This document shows, piece by piece, positions 39,668 to 42,801 of a stretch of DNA of 42,801 nt. Position 1 is the first letter of the stretch; every line of letters starts with the position of its first letter. The position numbers and the translations under genes were made by a program. The DNA comes from an archaeon (GTDB taxonomy: Archaea; Aenigmatarchaeota; Aenigmatarchaeia; GW2011-AR5), in contig DATDXW010000039.1 in NCBI GenBank assembly GCA_035289125.1, positions 1 to 42,801 on the forward strand, in the 5' to 3' direction. The notes under the pieces are model-generated. The model saw only the letters and a list, made by a program, of their open reading frames with translations. It had not been told where the DNA came from and did not search any database.

Positions 39668-39922
39668 ATGTATTCCCTTGTCTATTCCGATATTGCCCTC
39701 AAACAACTGGAAAAAATGGATAACAGCGCAAGAAAACGGGTCATATCAGCACTAGAAAGATGCAGAATCCGCCCGTATGCTCATGTCAAGAAATTGGTAG
39801 GAAATTCTTACTTCAGGCTGCGCGTAGGTGACTACAGAATTATCCTGGAGATTAGAAACGAGCAATTTGTCATACTTGTAATAAAAGTAGGGCATAGAGG
39901 AAATATTTATGAAACAATCTGA
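39668..39922 (+). CDS. relE: RelE/ParE-family type II toxin
   Basis: 84 aa. YFRLRVGDYRIILEIRNEQFVILVIKVGHRGNIY is the classic RelE/ParE core. Confidence 0.85.
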   Translation: MYSLVYSDIALKQLEKMDNSARKRVISALERCRIRPYAHVKKLVGNSYFRLRVGDYRIILEIRNEQFVILVIKVGHRGNIYETI

Positions 39923-42036
39923 GCGTTCAATTCCGTCATCACCCTCTCCGCCGTTCTTTTGCCGATGAGGCGGGCAAGCTCGTCGGGCTGCAGCTTCTTC
40001 ACGTCCGCCTTTTTCGTCACGCCGGCGCGAAAAAGAGCGCGTGCTTTGACGCGCCCTATGCCTTTTATCATTACGAGCCGCAGCAGCTCGTCTTTAACGC
40101 CGTAGTGCATCCGCAGGCGCGTCTTGTTTAGTTCTTTCGCCTCGCTTTCTTTGCCTGCCAGCATCGCAAGCTCCCGCGCCGCATAGAGGAGCCAGCCGGC
40201 GTTCTTCTTCTTTGAATGAAGCTCGCCCGGCGCGATGCCGTATTTGTCAAGCAGCGCGTCCTCGCCCCGCTCTTCCATCCAGTCAAGAAACATCAGCGAA
40301 GTTTTAAACTTGTCCAGAAATTCCTCATAGTCCAAATCCCACGCGTCCGGTGGCGTGACGTCATAAGTTTCCATTAAATTTTCTATGTCTTCAGCCTCCC
40401 GCGCTTTCACGCGCAGCATCGGCCGCATCTCAAGGCAGTGGTTTATAGCCATTACGTGCTCAAGCGCGCTGGAACCGGCGTTCTTCACCAGATGGTTAGC
40501 CGAAACCGGGTCAATGTAAAGTTCGGCGACGCGCTTCCCAAGCAGTGTCGCTTCCAATTTCTCATCTCCCAAGTCAAACGCCGGCATAAATCCGCCAAGC
40601 TTCGCCGCGCTATCCTTGAAAAAGGAAAAGCCCTTCAGCATTTTTATGACCCTGCTTATCTTCTCCATCATTGACTCCATGTCGCCGTACTGCTTGGCGT
40701 AAAGCGTTTTTGAAAAGAAAGAGCGCAGGTCTTCCGTTGACGATGCAAAACCCGACGCGACGAGCCCGAGCACATGCATCCGCAGCACCGGCTCTACTGC
40801 AAGCTTGGAGTATATGTCTTCCATGTCGCCGTTTATGTAGCGTTCCTCCATTTCACGCTTTTCAGCGTCGCTCTTCGCCAGAAGCAGCGCCTCGCCCTCC
40901 GTGTCGTAGCGCGGGCGGCCTGCCCTTCCGAACATTTGATGAATTTCTATGTTAGAGATGTAGTCCATTCCGTGGACGGTAAAGCGACGTGTATCCCGCA
41001 CGATGACGCGCCACGCCGGTAAGTTCAAGCCGTACGCAAGAGAAGGCGTTGCAGTTATGAACTTTATTTTTCCGCTCTTGAACGCGTCTTCCACGAGCTT
41101 CCGCTGCTTCGCCACGAGACCGGCATGATGGAAAGCGACGCCTTTGCGCACCACTACTCCAAGCCGCTTACATTGTTTTGTAGCCACGGGCAATGCTTTC
41201 TCTATGGCACCGGCTAAAGCGTTTAGTTCCGCCGAAACGACAGGCACAGCCTTCGCTATCTTCTCCGCTTCCGCTTCTGCGCCGCGGCGCGTGGAAACAA
41301 AGACGAGCGCCTGCTTTCCCTTGCGAAGCGTGTCCTTGCACAGCGCGAACTCTTCCTTGCCGCTCGCTATTAAAATTTCTTCGTCGCCGAAATAATTCTT
41401 GCCGTCAAGATGAACGCCTTTTTTCAGCTTGACGGGGCGGTAGTCGCTTTTCACCAACGTGGCACTAAGCCAGTCAGCGATTTCCTGTGCGTTCTTTATC
41501 GTTGCCGAAAGCGCCAAAACTTGCGAGCGTGTCTCGTTGCACAACCGCGTCAAAACGATTTCAAGTGTCGGCCCCCGCGACGCATCATCCAGAAGATGCA
41601 CTTCATCCGAAATAACAAGCGTCACATCCTTAATCCACGCCGCGCGATGCCGCAGCAGCGAGTCCATTTTTTCATTGCTGGCAATTATTAGGTCGTAGTT
41701 TTTCAGCCACGCGTCATCCGTGTCCATGTCGCCGATGCTTATCGCTATTTTCATTCCCGCCTTCTCGTACTTCGCCTTGAACTCGCCGTATTTCTCCGAT
41801 GCCAGCGCCTTCAATGGCACAAGATACACCGCCTTGCCGCCTTTTGAGAAATGATTAAGGAATGCCATCTCCGCGATCATCGTTTTGCCCGATGCCGTTG
41901 GCGAAGAGACGACGATGTTTTTGTTTTGCAATAAGCCCGCATTTATCGCCATCTCTTGCGGTGGGTTGAGATTCTCCGCCTCGCTTGACAATATCTCAAC
42001 AAGGCTTGGCGGGAGAGGCAGGGCTTTAGTAAGCAT
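39907..42036 (-). CDS. hel308: Hel308/Ski2-like DNA helicase
   Basis: 709 aa. Walker A SSPTASGKT, DEVH box, HHAGL, QMFGRAGRP, and a C-terminal helix-hairpin-helix-like tail. Confidence 0.9.
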   Translation of the reverse strand: MLTKALPLPPSLVEILSSEAENLNPPQEMAINAGLLQNKNIVVSSPTASGKTMIAEMAFLNHFSKGGKAVYLVPLKALASEKYGEFKAKYEKAGMKIAISIGDMDTDDAWLKNYDLIIASNEKMDSLLRHRAAWIKDVTLVISDEVHLLDDASRGPTLEIVLTRLCNETRSQVLALSATIKNAQEIADWLSATLVKSDYRPVKLKKGVHLDGKNYFGDEEILIASGKEEFALCKDTLRKGKQALVFVSTRRGAEAEAEKIAKAVPVVSAELNALAGAIEKALPVATKQCKRLGVVVRKGVAFHHAGLVAKQRKLVEDAFKSGKIKFITATPSLAYGLNLPAWRVIVRDTRRFTVHGMDYISNIEIHQMFGRAGRPRYDTEGEALLLAKSDAEKREMEERYINGDMEDIYSKLAVEPVLRMHVLGLVASGFASSTEDLRSFFSKTLYAKQYGDMESMMEKISRVIKMLKGFSFFKDSAAKLGGFMPAFDLGDEKLEATLLGKRVAELYIDPVSANHLVKNAGSSALEHVMAINHCLEMRPMLRVKAREAEDIENLMETYDVTPPDAWDLDYEEFLDKFKTSLMFLDWMEERGEDALLDKYGIAPGELHSKKKNAGWLLYAARELAMLAGKESEAKELNKTRLRMHYGVKDELLRLVMIKGIGRVKARALFRAGVTKKADVKKLQPDELARLIGKRTAERVMTELNAQIVS

Positions 42037-42066
42037 AAAATTACTTTGGAAGAAGGAGTTAAATGT

Positions 42067-42801
42067 TCATCGCGGCATAATTTCATCCAGCAAATCTTTC
42101 TTAAACTTTGCGCGAAATTGATATTGAAGATTGTTCTTTCTCTCGAAATCCTTATAATCAATCTCGTAACGCCGGATTTCGTCGCGTAGCTTGCTTCTTA
42201 TGTATCTCACTTGCTCAGAGGTTTTGGCTGCATCTCTCAATATGTCAGCAGGACCATCGTCAAAAAAGTTCCAGCAATTTTCTAAATAATCAAGCTCCTC
42301 CAGGAAGGCATCTACCATGAAATGAAAGGCTTCTTCATTATCGCTCCTGCTCAGAATATTAAACATAGCCTTCCCTCCGGAAGAAAAAACGAAACACGTG
42401 TAACTTTTGGATAATCTTTTCCCCGCCTGTAAAACTTCGTATTCGGTCTCGGGAGATGTATCCATCTCTGACAGTGCCTGTAATGCAACATCCCTTGTAG
42501 CGGGGTTATAGTCTTTCTGTACAATGCCTGCTAAAAAACTTTCGTTGACCTCGCCGAGTTTAATCAATGCCTCAAAATACGAACTCCTGCGGGGATTCTT
42601 TTCACCGAGGTAGGTATCAAGATAATATTCGTCCATGAGATGAAAATTATCATCATCGGGCGCGATCCATCCCTCCCCGCTATGCTCTGAAATCACATAG
42701 TACCAAGCGTACCTGCCGTTCGTCCTTTTCATCAGAACGTCTGCCGCTTCCGCATATGAAAACTCGCCCACTACACGTTTATTATGGTTGTACCCGTCAA
42801 A
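42067..42801 (-). CDS. Hypothetical protein, AT-rich; the reading frame stays open to the window edge
   Basis: The track ORF starts at GTG 42771, but there is no upstream stop before position 42801, so the true start may lie outside the window. No family recognised. Confidence 0.45.
   Translation of the reverse strand, partial: FDGYNHNKRVVGEFSYAEAADVLMKRTNGRYAWYYVISEHSGEGWIAPDDDNFHLMDEYYLDTYLGEKNPRRSSYFEALIKLGEVNESFLAGIVQKDYNPATRDVALQALSEMDTSPETEYEVLQAGKRLSKSYTCFVFSSGGKAMFNILSRSDNEEAFHFMVDAFLEELDYLENCWNFFDDGPADILRDAAKTSEQVRYIRSKLRDEIRRYEIDYKDFERKNNLQYQFRAKFKKDLLDEIMPR

Overview
This 42.8-kb window is an archaeal chromosomal segment. The archaeal markers are glycerol-1-phosphate dehydrogenase, aIF5A, Pus10, Hel308, an archaeal-size AspRS, class III (type IV pilin-like) signal peptides, tRNA genes with inserted sequence, and an SRP RNA with an archaeal-type helix 8. 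The gene complement looks like a small-genome, possibly DPANN-like, lineage, but that is inference only.

Housekeeping genes: egsA, uppS, trmI, pus10, lysS (class II), prs, gatCAB, ino1, ftsZ, aspS, rnhB and hel308. Interleaved with them are:
- A dispersed family of seven pilin-like proteins. Three carry LamG domains, and one is a 981-aa giant with a glycine-rich domain nested inside a LamG domain. A prepilin-peptidase-like gene is present, but no assembly ATPase or platform gene lies in the window.
- A HerA/DUF87-like ATPase gene bracketed by a 66-bp near-perfect inverted repeat.
- An AT-rich type II restriction-modification module.
- A RelE-type toxin-antitoxin pair.
- A NikR/ZIP metal module and a PadR/ino1 divergent pair, each with operator-like repeats.
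- Five tRNA genes, four of which carry extra or intron-like sequence. One tRNA-Leu gene has an internal 16-nt duplication that offers two anticodons.
- An unannotated SRP RNA hidden under spurious ORFs.
- At least two interlocking families of intergenic repeats. One is a 250-300-bp MITE-like element with two long palindromes. The other is a leader-like module, ATAAYATGGCATCG...GAAGTGARCRAGGGG, that sits directly in front of aspS and of one LamG pilin gene.

All calls come from reading the sequence and ORF translations by eye. No database search or folding was run.
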